Origin: a virus
Reading direction: 5' to 3' (one strand)
Length of the DNA: 64,000 bases
Virus record (IMG/VR): IMGVR_UViG_3300046499_000422
Span: 4,060-68,059 of that record
This document shows positions 45,649-54,017 of the stretch, piece by piece. Each line of letters opens with the position of its first letter. Positions within the stretch are counted from its first letter, which is position 1. A model generated the notes under the pieces. It worked only from the letters and a program-made list of their open reading frames with translations. It had not been told where the DNA came from and searched no databases. A program made the position numbers and the translations under genes.

Positions 45649-45686
45649 AGGGGCCCTGACTGGTGGCGGTACCGGTCAGGGCCCCT
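45649..45686. terminator. Strong hairpin upstream of terS
   Basis: aggggccctgactggt...accggtcagggcccct, ~16-bp stem. Confidence 0.7.
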
Positions 45687-45705
45687 CGGCGTGTGTGGCG
45701 GTCGG

Positions 45706-45846
45706 TCAGGTGGCGCGGCGGTTGAGGTGGTCGGCGAGCTGGCGGGCGCCGAGCCGGGTGAGGCCGGGCCACATGGCGCCGGTGCGGGTGTCGAGGACGT
45801 ACCAGCCTCGGTCGTGGCGGATCTGGTAGCGGGCGGTGGCGGCCAT
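45706..45846 (-). CDS. 46-aa hypothetical peptide (absent from the ORF track)
   Basis: MATARYQIRHDRGWYVLDTRTGAMWPGLTRLGARQLADHLNRRAT; AGGAG RBS. Confidence 0.65.
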   Translation of the reverse strand: MAATARYQIRHDRGWYVLDTRTGAMWPGLTRLGARQLADHLNRRAT

Positions 45847-46024
45847 GGCGGGCTCCTATGCGGCTTCGTCGTAGCGGGTGGGCTCGGGCTCGCGGTCAGT
45901 CGGGGTCGTCCTCGTCGCCCTGGTCGCGGTCGAACCATGCGCGGTCCCAGGCGGCCTCCTCCTCGACGGTGGGCTCCCACGGGGCCAGGGCGGCGGTGCT
46001 CGTCTGCTGCGCCGTGACGTTGGT

Positions 46025-46411
46025 TCAGGCAGCCTCCGCGTACGAGCCGGCCAGGAGGTGCCGGGTGCCCTTGTAGGACCGGAGGCCCTCGTACAGGGCG
46101 AGGTCGATGGGGCCGTAGACGCACACGTGGATGTAGCGACCGGTAGTGCGGTGGCGGGCCCAGACCATGAGGGGCTGCTGGCCGGTGGCGGCGATATATG
46201 CCTTCTTGGCGTGTCGGCCGAACCACGCCTGCTTGCCGTCGGGGAGGTCGCCTCCGCCGATGCGGTCCAGGAAGTCTCCGGTGCGGATCAGGTGGCCGGC
46301 CGCGACTGCGGGGGCGACTCGCTCCGAGAGGATCCAGTAGGCAACGGCCTTGGTGACGCTGCGGGCGGTGCGGGTGAGGCGAGCGGTGGTCTTGCGGTAG
46401 CGAGCGATCAT
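46025..46411 (-). CDS. Hypothetical basic protein
   Basis: MIARYRKTT...; GAGGGG RBS; divergent from the HTH gene. Confidence 0.75.
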   Translation of the reverse strand: MIARYRKTTARLTRTARSVTKAVAYWILSERVAPAVAAGHLIRTGDFLDRIGGGDLPDGKQAWFGRHAKKAYIAATGQQPLMVWARHRTTGRYIHVCVYGPIDLALYEGLRSYKGTRHLLAGSYAEAA

Positions 46412-46450
46412 CGGGTCCCCCTCGGTGCGGTGCTTACGTAACTCATGATG

Positions 46451-46483
46451 GCCAACTCTGTTGGCATTGTCAACCGTGTTGGC
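46451..46483. promoter_or_regulatory. Tandem palindromic operators G(C/T)CAAC-N3-GTTGGC
   Basis: GCCAACTCTGTTGGC (46451-46465) and GTCAACCGTGTTGGC (46469-46483) between divergent genes. Confidence 0.7.
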
Positions 46484-46520
46484 ATTGGCCACTGCATACG
46501 CCATGTGGAATCATGTAGCC

Positions 46521-47117
46521 ATGAAGCAGACACCCGACCTCGAAGCCGTCGTCCGGCGCTACAACGAGGCGAGCGAAGCCCTCGAAGCCGCCCGCGCCGA
46601 CCTCCAGACCGCAGCCGTCGCAGCCCTCCAGGGCGGCGCTAAGCAGGCTGACATCGCACGCGCCACCGGATGGAGCCGCGAACACCTGCGGCGACTCAGG
46701 GAGAAGGCCGAGGCCGAGGCACAGAAGACGGAGATGGAGGCGCTCCGCAAGAAGGTGGAGGAGCTGAGCGCGCCCGCCAGCGCTCCGCCGAAGGAGACGC
46801 GCCCCGCTGTCGCTGCGCCCCGGCAGCAGGTCACGCAGGCAGTGCCCGAGCCGCCGGAGGACGACCGGCCCGTGCTCACCGACAACGAGGCTCGTGACCT
46901 CGTCGCCACGGCCCGCAGGCGCGGCAACGACGATCAGCGGCAGCGACTTCACCGCACGTCGATCGCGGCCGAAGCGAAGGGCACTGACCCGGACCTTGAT
47001 GTGATCGAGGCCGCGTTCGAGATGGGCCTGTTGACGGACGCGGACATCGTCGCGGTCCGGGAGCAGCTCGCCGCCGAACAGCCTCGCCCGGCCGTCGACG
47101 CCACCGAGGAGAGCTGA
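46521..47117 (+). CDS. HTH regulator
   Basis: GAKQADIARATGWSREHLRRL HTH. Confidence 0.8.
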   Translation: MKQTPDLEAVVRRYNEASEALEAARADLQTAAVAALQGGAKQADIARATGWSREHLRRLREKAEAEAQKTEMEALRKKVEELSAPASAPPKETRPAVAAPRQQVTQAVPEPPEDDRPVLTDNEARDLVATARRRGNDDQRQRLHRTSIAAEAKGTDPDLDVIEAAFEMGLLTDADIVAVREQLAAEQPRPAVDATEES

Positions 47118-47120
47118 CCC

Positions 47121-47390
47121 ATGCTGGCGCGCCCGCCGCTGATTACTGCCCACTGGTTCCGCGAAGGCCCGGTACAACCCGAGGGCTACTGGATCTGCGG
47201 CTACAACGACTGCGGGCAGCACCGCGCCGACCACGCCCAGGCCGAAGGCCAGTGGATCGCCCCGCTACACCCGTTCGTGGCGCAGCGGATCAATCCGTCT
47301 CGCTGTCGGCCGTGCGGTAAGCACCGGAGGAACACGGTGCACACGCCGTGGATGATGCCCGAGCAGCCCGGCCCGAGGAACACACCGTGA
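47121..47390 (+). CDS. His/Cys-rich small protein
   Basis: Two H..C..C..H repeats. Confidence 0.65.
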   Translation: MLARPPLITAHWFREGPVQPEGYWICGYNDCGQHRADHAQAEGQWIAPLHPFVAQRINPSRCRPCGKHRRNTVHTPWMMPEQPGPRNTP

Positions 47391-47620
47391 CCGACACCGC
47401 GCCGTACTGCACCGGCGACCGCTGCGACGAATGCACCCCCGACGACGAGTGCTGCGAAGCCACCTGCGGCTGCTGCCCCCGCGTCGACGAGCATGGCCAC
47501 TGCTTCCTCTACCCCGGTAGCGAGGAGGACTCGAAGTACTGCGACCAGCACGGCGAAGGCTGGCTGATTGAGCGCTCGCCGCAGGCGCAGGCCAAGTACG
47601 AGATGCTCCGCCGCGCCTGA
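47387..47620 (+). CDS. Cys-rich acidic small protein
   Basis: CTGDRCDECTPDDECCEATCGCCP; GTGA coupling. Confidence 0.6.
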   Translation: MTDTAPYCTGDRCDECTPDDECCEATCGCCPRVDEHGHCFLYPGSEEDSKYCDQHGEGWLIERSPQAQAKYEMLRRA

Positions 47621-47695
47621 CCGCGCCCGGACATAGCAGAGGCCCCGCCGACGGGGGAAGCGGCGGGACCCAGCTGTGTCCAGTGTCGCAGGCGG

Positions 47696-48301
47696 TCAGG
47701 TGTACGCGGGCAGGATCCGCTCCACCCGGGCAGCCAGCCTCGCCGCACCCGCCCGGTCCGGGCTACCCGTCGCCGCGTGAGCCCGGAGCAGGTTCATCAA
47801 CCGCTCCGGGTCGGCCACGGTCACCGCGCCCACGGTCACCTTCCCGCCGGCCACCGGGGCGGAGTGCATCACGATCATCGGATAGGCCGGGACGCGGAGC
47901 AGGGCGCTCGCACGGTCCGCCTGCCACTTCACGCCGGTGATGGCCTTGTGTCGGTCGGCGCAGCCGTGGACGAGCCGGCCGTCCGAGGCGACGTTGAGCG
48001 TGCCCCGGTGCCGGGACCAGAGCTTCGTGTCCAGGGCGATAACGGACAGGCCGTCCGGCGGAACGAGTACGTGATCGACCTGACCGCCGGGGATGGCCCG
48101 GTCGTGCAGCACGTGCCAGCCCTCCCGCACGAGCGGGGCGAGGAGTTCGGCGGTCCGCCGTTCACCCTCGGCGCCGGCGTCGTAGTTGGCGGCGGCCTGC
48201 GGTTCGTCGAGGAGGCCGAGGGCGACGAGGAGGCGGCGCCACCACGGTTGGGCGCGGCGCAGCTGGCGGGCGCGGACGGTAGCGGATCGGCCGGCGGTCA
48301 C
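47696..48301 (-). CDS. NERD-domain (PD-(D/E)XK-like) nuclease-related protein
   Basis: GAEGERRTA.LL...WHVLHDR...VDHVLV...DTKLW. Confidence 0.85.
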   Translation of the reverse strand: MTAGRSATVRARQLRRAQPWWRRLLVALGLLDEPQAAANYDAGAEGERRTAELLAPLVREGWHVLHDRAIPGGQVDHVLVPPDGLSVIALDTKLWSRHRGTLNVASDGRLVHGCADRHKAITGVKWQADRASALLRVPAYPMIVMHSAPVAGGKVTVGAVTVADPERLMNLLRAHAATGSPDRAGAARLAARVERILPAYT

Positions 48302-48417
48302 TTGGTGCCGTCCTTGGCCGTGGCCGGCGGCTGCGGCGGGCGCTTCGCCCGGTCGGACAGCTCCTGCTGCTTGCGGCGCTGCTCCTCGGTCCAGCCACCC
48401 GGGGTGGATGTGGGCAT
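48298..48417 (-). CDS. 39-aa peptide
   Basis: MPTSTPGGWTEEQRRKQQELSDRAK...; GGAG RBS; GTGA overlap with the NERD gene. Confidence 0.45.
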   Translation of the reverse strand: MPTSTPGGWTEEQRRKQQELSDRAKRPPQPPATAKDGTK

Positions 48418-48510
48418 GATGATGTCTCCGTCCTGCGCGTTGGGATGGGGCCCGGGGCGGTCGTCGGCCGGCAAGCAAGGCGACCGCCCCGGGAGTTACG
48501 TTTCGTGTTC

Positions 48511-48600
48511 GTACCGGGTAGTGGGTACTGGGCGCCGGGCCCGGAAAGGGCCCTGTGGGGCGGTCTACTGGGTACTGGGGTGGTCCCCACTACCCAGTGA
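48511..48600. repeat. Array of 7-bp GTA(C/G)TGG-like repeats directly downstream of traB; candidate clt
   Basis: GTACCGG-GTAGTGG-GTACTGG (48511-48531), CTACTGG-GTACTGG (48565-48578), inverted copies CCACTAC-CCAGTGA (48587-48600). Confidence 0.55.
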
Positions 48601-48620
48601 CTGGTAGCTGACGGTGACGG

Positions 48621-50651
48621 TCACGTGTGGTCGGGGTGGACGTACGCGGAGTGCGGGCCGTTGTCGCGGTAGATCAGGGCGCCGCGGTCTACGGCCGGGC
48701 GGAGGCCGGAGCGGACTGCCTTGCGGTCGCGGCCGACGGCCTCGGCGACAGCGCCGGGTTTCATCCCGGCGGGGCCTGCGGCGTGGATGGAGCGGATGGC
48801 GTCGGGGAGCCAGTCGGGCCCGCTGCGGCTGGGTGTGGGTTCGTCGGTGGTGCCGTAGTGCTGGTCGATCTCGTCGAGGAGTTCCTCGGCGAGCGCGTCG
48901 GCGTCGGGGCCGGGCTTCTTCTTGGCGAACAGGCGCTCCCATCCGGGCACCCACTGTCCGGCCGAGTAGGAGGCTTCGATTTCACGGATGTGAGCCTCGG
49001 TGATCCAGGGCGCGGGCTGGCCGGCGTCGAACCATCCGGGCCCGTCCGGCAGCTGGCGCAGCATTGCGTTCGCCTGAGCCTGCGGCAGGTAGGGGACCTG
49101 CACGACGGTCGGTGTCGCACCGAGTGCCCCGTACACGCCGCGGCCCTTGACCGTGCCGTCCCAGGTCGGTTTCTTGATGCGGCCGTAGGTGGTGACCCAC
49201 TTCTCCGCCGAGCAGTCGCCGATGACGAGGCGCCCGGAGAACAGGTCGCGGGCGTCGCTGCCGCCGAACAGGTCGAGGGCCATCTGGTGGGCGCCGACGG
49301 CGAGCCGGTGGTCGAGGGCGCGGCCTTGCATGAGGCAGACGTGCATCCAGAACGGGATGACGTTGGGGGTCTTCTGCTGGCCGGGGCCCTTCCACCAGGC
49401 TTTCACCGCTCCGGCGAACGAGCCGTATTCGTCGATGAGGAGGAGGCGCGGGGGGATGTGGCTGGTGTCCTGTCCGGCCTGCTGCATGAGGGCGACGGCG
49501 GTGGCGGAGGCGAGGAACTCGGCCAGGGCGGCCACGGCTTCACGGAGGGTCGTGGCGATGCGGACGCCGGACACGGTCCCGGAGGGGCGGGTGGGGTCGC
49601 CTGCGATGCCGTCGGGGTGCTCGGCGTCCCGTTCGGTGTACGACATGCGCTTGAGGTCGATGACCGTGGCCAGGGCGCCGTGCTGCCGGGCGTGGACCAG
49701 CGGCAGCGTCAGCGCGGTGGTTTTGCCGGAGCCGGAGCCGCCGACGTAGGCGGCGTGGGGGTTGTCGGTGAGGGTGCGGAGGTAGTGGTCGACGCCGTTG
49801 GCTTCGGTTCCGATGTGCATGACGTACGGGTCGTTGGAGGGTTTCCAGGTGACGGCGGCCGGGGGCTGCGCCTCGGGCGCGGCGGTGGCCGGCGCGGGCT
49901 CGGCGGGCGGGGTGGCCGGCGTTGTCGGGTCCGGTGCTGCCGTGTCTGCCGGCTCCGGGGTGGTGGTCGCGGGCGCCGGGTGGAGGGCGGCCGGGTCGAT
50001 GCCGGGGCGTAGCGCGGGCGGGGCGGGGTGGAGGGTGGTGGGCCAGCGGCCCTGCACCCACGCGGTCACCGCGGTGAGGCCGGTCGCGGCGAGGCCGAGG
50101 TCGAGGAGGGCGCCGGTCTGCCAGGAGGCGACTGCCGCGCAGGACACGACGAGGGCGGTACGGACACGGCGGGTGCGGACGCGCCGCTTACGGGCGGCAT
50201 CCACGGAGCCGGGGCCGGGCGGGACGGTGATGAACGCGGAGGCGGCGATCTGCTGCGCCTCGGCCTTGAGCTTCCATGCCTCGTGGTGGCCGTCGTCGCC
50301 CTTGGCCTGCTCGACGGCCTTGGCCTGCTCGTTGAGCGTGTCGGCGTGCGCGGTCTGCCTGGCCTTCCACGTGTCGTACTGGTGGTTGAGGTGGGCGGCG
50401 GCGCAGTAGGCGGTGTCGAGGTCGCGCCCGGTCCACCAGGCGGCGGCCTGTCGGGCGGTGTGGGTGGCGCCGTGGCGGGTGACGGCGAGTTCCCGCAGGC
50501 CGGTCGCGCGGGCCAGAGCGAGGGCGATCTGTCGGCGGCTGGTCTCGCGGCGCGGCGTGTCATCGGCCGGGCGCGGCCCGGGGCTGTCCTCATCGAGGAG
50601 CTCGCCGTCGAGGACGGGGCCTTCGTACGGGACGGGTTCGGTACTGGTCAC
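48621..50651 (-). CDS. traB: TraB-like FtsK/SpoIIIE DNA translocase
   Basis: Two N-terminal TM helices, Pro-rich linker, Walker A GGSGSGKT, IDLK, Walker B LLLIDEY, QGRA, HQ, GRG, and a C-terminal winged-helix-like segment (MKPGAVAEAVGRDRKAVRSGL). Confidence 0.8.
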   Translation of the reverse strand: MTSTEPVPYEGPVLDGELLDEDSPGPRPADDTPRRETSRRQIALALARATGLRELAVTRHGATHTARQAAAWWTGRDLDTAYCAAAHLNHQYDTWKARQTAHADTLNEQAKAVEQAKGDDGHHEAWKLKAEAQQIAASAFITVPPGPGSVDAARKRRVRTRRVRTALVVSCAAVASWQTGALLDLGLAATGLTAVTAWVQGRWPTTLHPAPPALRPGIDPAALHPAPATTTPEPADTAAPDPTTPATPPAEPAPATAAPEAQPPAAVTWKPSNDPYVMHIGTEANGVDHYLRTLTDNPHAAYVGGSGSGKTTALTLPLVHARQHGALATVIDLKRMSYTERDAEHPDGIAGDPTRPSGTVSGVRIATTLREAVAALAEFLASATAVALMQQAGQDTSHIPPRLLLIDEYGSFAGAVKAWWKGPGQQKTPNVIPFWMHVCLMQGRALDHRLAVGAHQMALDLFGGSDARDLFSGRLVIGDCSAEKWVTTYGRIKKPTWDGTVKGRGVYGALGATPTVVQVPYLPQAQANAMLRQLPDGPGWFDAGQPAPWITEAHIREIEASYSAGQWVPGWERLFAKKKPGPDADALAEELLDEIDQHYGTTDEPTPSRSGPDWLPDAIRSIHAAGPAGMKPGAVAEAVGRDRKAVRSGLRPAVDRGALIYRDNGPHSAYVHPDHT

Positions 50652-50662
50652 GGTGGGCCTCC

Positions 50663-51148
50663 CTAGAACCAGCGGCCGATGGCGGCGGTGCCGAGGTTGT
50701 TCACCAGCGGGACGAGGGCGACGGCGCCGAGGAACGGACCGAGGGTGATCCCTGCGGCCCCGGCCCAGCCCATCTCGCGCTTCAGCCGGTCCTTGGCGCT
50801 CTTGACGGCCACGGCCAGGACGGCGACGGCGCCGAGCATGATGACCGCCCCGAACGGGTTGAGGACACCGAAGTCGGCCGAGCGGGTCACGGCGACGTGC
50901 TGCGCACCGGTGCCGTGGATGAGGAGGTAGTCGCCGGCGCCGCCGAGGAGGTTCCGGGCCCAGGTCACGACGGTGCCGACGAGGCCGCCCGCGCAGGCCC
51001 CGGCGAGGGCGAATGCGGATGCGCTGCCGAGGAACGGGAGGAGGTCTTTCCAGTTCTTGCTCTTGCCGCCTTTGATCCACCAGTGGGCGATGCGGACCAC
51101 GGTGATGAGGAATCCGACGGCGAACATGCCGAGGGTCACGACTTTCAC
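50663..51148 (-). CDS. Multi-TM membrane protein (Spd-like)
   Basis: About four hydrophobic helices; directly upstream of traB. Confidence 0.75.
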   Translation of the reverse strand: MKVVTLGMFAVGFLITVVRIAHWWIKGGKSKNWKDLLPFLGSASAFALAGACAGGLVGTVVTWARNLLGGAGDYLLIHGTGAQHVAVTRSADFGVLNPFGAVIMLGAVAVLAVAVKSAKDRLKREMGWAGAAGITLGPFLGAVALVPLVNNLGTAAIGRWF

Positions 51149-51573
51149 AGCTGGGCTCCGGTGAGGGTGTGGACGATGGCGGTGAGGGCGGGGATGAACA
51201 TGAGGGCGCCACAGGCGGCGGAGAAGACGGCGACGCGGACGGTCCACGCCCAGGCGGCGGTGACGGCCTGCGGGGCGCGGGCGTGGTGCGCGGCGCCGTG
51301 GGCCTTGACCGCCAGCCACGCCCCGCCGACACCCGCGGCGGCGTACTGCCCCGGGTCCTGCCAGGCGGCGGCGTAGGTGATGGCGCACCACACGGCGGGC
51401 GGGGCGGGGCCGAGGGGGATGAGGAGTGCGGCGGCGAGGGCGGTGCCGTTGTAGGCGGGGCGCAGCCACCGGAAGTCGAAGCCGCGTTCCCGGGCGGGCG
51501 GCTGGGGCGCAGTCGGGGGTGCGGGGATCAGCGGCGGGTAGTTCGGGGGCTGCGGTACCAGGTGCTGGGTCAT
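51145..51573 (-). CDS. Multi-TM membrane protein (Spd-like)
   Basis: Three to four hydrophobic segments; coupled. Confidence 0.7.
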   Translation of the reverse strand: MTQHLVPQPPNYPPLIPAPPTAPQPPARERGFDFRWLRPAYNGTALAAALLIPLGPAPPAVWCAITYAAAWQDPGQYAAAGVGGAWLAVKAHGAAHHARAPQAVTAAWAWTVRVAVFSAACGALMFIPALTAIVHTLTGAQL

Positions 51574-51779
51574 GAGTGATGCCTTCCTGCGGGGTGGACG
51601 CCGAACTGGAGGAGGAGGGCCTGGACGCGAAGCTCGTCCGGGCCGGGAGGCGCGGCGGCCAGCGGTGGGGCCGTATCGGCCGGCCATGTGCCGTGGGGCG
51701 GGAGCAGGGTGCGGGTCTCGGTGGCGGGTGAGGCGTGGCGGCGTCGGCGCCAGGGCCAGCGGCGGCGGCGCCGGGTCAC
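51570..51779 (-). CDS. Small hypothetical protein in the transfer operon
   Basis: Coupled at both ends. Confidence 0.55.
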   Translation of the reverse strand: MTRRRRRWPWRRRRHASPATETRTLLPPHGTWPADTAPPLAAAPPGPDELRVQALLLQFGVHPAGRHHS

Positions 51780-52753
51780 AGGTAGCCGCCGGTGTCGTAT
51801 CCGTGGTCCGGGCCGTCGGTGCGCTTCTTCGCCTGCTCGCGATGGAGGACGGTGTAGACGTACTTGGTGCTGACCTCGATGCCCTGCTCGGTCAGAAGGC
51901 GGGCGATTTCCGCCGGCGCTGCGTCCGGCGGGAGGGTCAGCGACGCGGCAAGGATGGCGTTCTTCTTGTTGACGCCCTGAGGAGTCTTCATTTCGTTCTT
52001 CATGCCAGTGAGCTGCGTCTTCATCGAGTCGTCAGCCGGGATCACGTCGGCTTCATCCGGCGTCACGCGCTGCGCCGGGCGCCCGGTGGCGTTGCGGGTG
52101 ACCGTGTATGCGGGGGCCTGCGAGGCGGCCCGTGAAGCCGCCTGGAGAGCGGCGTACGCGGCGAGCTCTTCCCGGGTGCGGGCTTCACGGCGCTGGAGGT
52201 GCGCGAGGACCTCGCGGGCGCCGACTTCCTGCGCGCGCTGGTCCACCCACGCCTGGGTCTTCTTGTCGAGGCGCAGATCGTGGTGGTGGATGACGATGGT
52301 CCACAGGCCCTTGGCGAGCAGTGAGATGAAGGCGCCGATGATGCCGGTGGCGAGCGAGTCGGTGAGCTTGCCGTGGTAGGTGACGGCGGTCATGGCGATG
52401 AGGAGCGCGATGTGGCCGCCCCAGCGGGGCAGTGCGGCCTTTTGGCGGTTGTGGCGGGCCATCCACTCGACGGCCATGCAGGTGATCCACGTGAGGTCGA
52501 AGACCGCGGCGGCGCAGTAGGCGGCGAACGCCGGCGCGGTCCGGTTGAGGAGGTCGCCGATGCTGGTCGTGGTCCAGGCGACGGACGCGATGATGGCGAT
52601 GACCGTGAAGGTGTTGACGACGTGCGAGGTGACCAGGTCCCAGTCCCGAGGGGGTACGGGGATGGTGATGTCGTATTCGTCGGGGACGGGGTAGGTGGTG
52701 CCTTCGATGGTGTGGGGGATGGGGCGGCTGCGGGTTTCGCGGCGGGTCTTCAC
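51776..52753 (-). CDS. SpdB2-like spread protein (4 TM, coiled coil, C-terminal HTH-like region)
   Basis: Four TM helices (FTVIAIIASVAW, AAAVFDLTWITCM, GGHIALLIAMTAV, GIIGAFISLLAKGLW), coiled coil, PAEIARLL..QG. Confidence 0.7.
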   Translation of the reverse strand: MKTRRETRSRPIPHTIEGTTYPVPDEYDITIPVPPRDWDLVTSHVVNTFTVIAIIASVAWTTTSIGDLLNRTAPAFAAYCAAAVFDLTWITCMAVEWMARHNRQKAALPRWGGHIALLIAMTAVTYHGKLTDSLATGIIGAFISLLAKGLWTIVIHHHDLRLDKKTQAWVDQRAQEVGAREVLAHLQRREARTREELAAYAALQAASRAASQAPAYTVTRNATGRPAQRVTPDEADVIPADDSMKTQLTGMKNEMKTPQGVNKKNAILAASLTLPPDAAPAEIARLLTEQGIEVSTKYVYTVLHREQAKKRTDGPDHGYDTGGYL

Positions 52754-52942
52754 CGGGGTCTCCTGGGGCGGGCTGGTGGGTGTGGGGGCTGGTGGATTTC
52801 CGCGCCGCAGGCGGTTGGGGTCCTGCGGCGTGGGCTACCGGTCAGCTCTCGGGTTGGGTGGCCGCACCCCGCGGGTGGTGGGGTGCGGCCGTGCCGGGCG
52901 TCGCGCCGTGGGGGAACGCCACGAGACCCGGCTGTCTGGGGG

Positions 52943-53047
52943 TCAGTGGCAGTCGGGGCAGTCGGGGCCGGTGCACTGGTCGGCGTGGCGGCAGGCGTCG
53001 TTGCAGTAGGGGTGGCCGCCGGGTGCGCCGCAGAGAATGCACTCCAT
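52943..53047 (-). CDS. 34-aa Cys-rich peptide
   Basis: MECILCGAPGGHPYCNDACRHADQCTGPDCPDCH; TGATG coupling. Confidence 0.55.
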   Translation of the reverse strand: MECILCGAPGGHPYCNDACRHADQCTGPDCPDCH

Positions 53048-53184
53048 CAGGACGCCTTCCCGGTGCCTCGGCAGGTGCTGCAGGTCTGCCAGTTCTGACG
53101 CGTGACGCCGTCGCTGGAGGTGTCGACGGTTTTGCCGCCGGTGCCGGCGCAGGTGGTGCAGGTCTGGGGCTGGGCGTAGGTCAC
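53047..53184 (-). CDS. DnaJ-type zinc-finger micro-protein
   Basis: CTTCAGTG...CSTCRGTG (two CxxCxGxG). Confidence 0.7.
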   Translation of the reverse strand: MTYAQPQTCTTCAGTGGKTVDTSSDGVTRQNWQTCSTCRGTGKAS

Positions 53185-53534
53185 AGGGCACCGCCGGCGC
53201 GGAGGGTGGCGTGGGCGGAGGCGGCGCGGAGGCGGAGGCGCCAGGCCCGCGTGTAGCCGAGCGGGCGACGGCGGTGGAGGAGCTGCTGGGCGGTGGAGAG
53301 GGTGGCCTTCGCGGCGTGGATGGTGCCGGCGGGGATGCGGCGGACGGGGTGGCCGCAGTGGCGGAGGATCGCCTCGGCGGCGGCCGGGTCGCCGCACCGG
53401 ACGTGGGGGGTGGTGTAGGTGCAGGCGGTGCAGGTGTAGTGCATGCCGGTGGTGTCGGCGTGGAGGTGGGGGGCGTGCGTCGGCACGGGGCTGTGCTGGC
53501 GGATGGGCTGATCGGTACGATCGGTCACGGTCAT
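53181..53534 (-). CDS. First gene of the transfer operon (CxxC hypothetical)
   Basis: MTVTDRTD...CTAC; AGGAG RBS. Confidence 0.65.
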   Translation of the reverse strand: MTVTDRTDQPIRQHSPVPTHAPHLHADTTGMHYTCTACTYTTPHVRCGDPAAAEAILRHCGHPVRRIPAGTIHAAKATLSTAQQLLHRRRPLGYTRAWRLRLRAASAHATLRAGGAL

Positions 53535-53642
53535 CTCCTGGTGAAGCAGGTGGATGGCTGGCCCCGGACGGTGTGTGAGAAGCCCGTCCGGGGCGTTCCT
53601 ATTGGTGGAGAGATGCGGGTGTGCCGCTTCCCTCTGAGTCAA

Positions 53643-53660
53643 GTAGAGCATACGCTCTAC
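53643..53660. promoter_or_regulatory. Palindromic operator GTAGAGC-ATAC-GCTCTAC
   Basis: Perfect 7-bp dyad between the transfer operon and the divergent HTH gene. Confidence 0.7.
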
Positions 53661-53697
53661 AGCATGGGAAGCGTGCGCGCCCACGAAGGGAGCGGCG

Positions 53698-54006
53698 TTG
53701 GATGACGAGGAGGTGCAGCCGGAAGTGGAAGCGGTACGCGAAGCGCTCCGAGCGCTGGAGCAGATCCCCGACCGACTGGACCGGGCCAAGGCCCTTGCCG
53801 TCCTGCTAGGTGAGTGGCCGGATCATCACGCTTTCCTGCGGGAGGAGCGGCAGCGAATCGTGCAAGAGATGCGCGCCGAGAAGATGACGTATCGGCAGAT
53901 CGGCGATGCATTGGGGATGCACTTCACTCGGGTCCGTCAGATCGAGGCTGGGCAGCGTGGAGCGAAGAACCGCCCGGCGAAGAAGCCGCCGACCGACGAG
54001 GAGTAG
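53698..54006 (+). CDS. HTH regulator divergent from the transfer operon (Kor-like role)
   Basis: MTYRQIGDALGMHFTRVRQIEAG HTH. Confidence 0.85.
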   Translation: MDDEEVQPEVEAVREALRALEQIPDRLDRAKALAVLLGEWPDHHAFLREERQRIVQEMRAEKMTYRQIGDALGMHFTRVRQIEAGQRGAKNRPAKKPPTDEE

Positions 54007-54017
54007 CCGGGCACGAC

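Noticed and set aside
48621-51332. 903-aa version of the translocase from the ORF track
   Set aside because: The upstream part overlaps two better membrane-protein genes. The GTG at 50651 with a GGAGG RBS is the more likely start.
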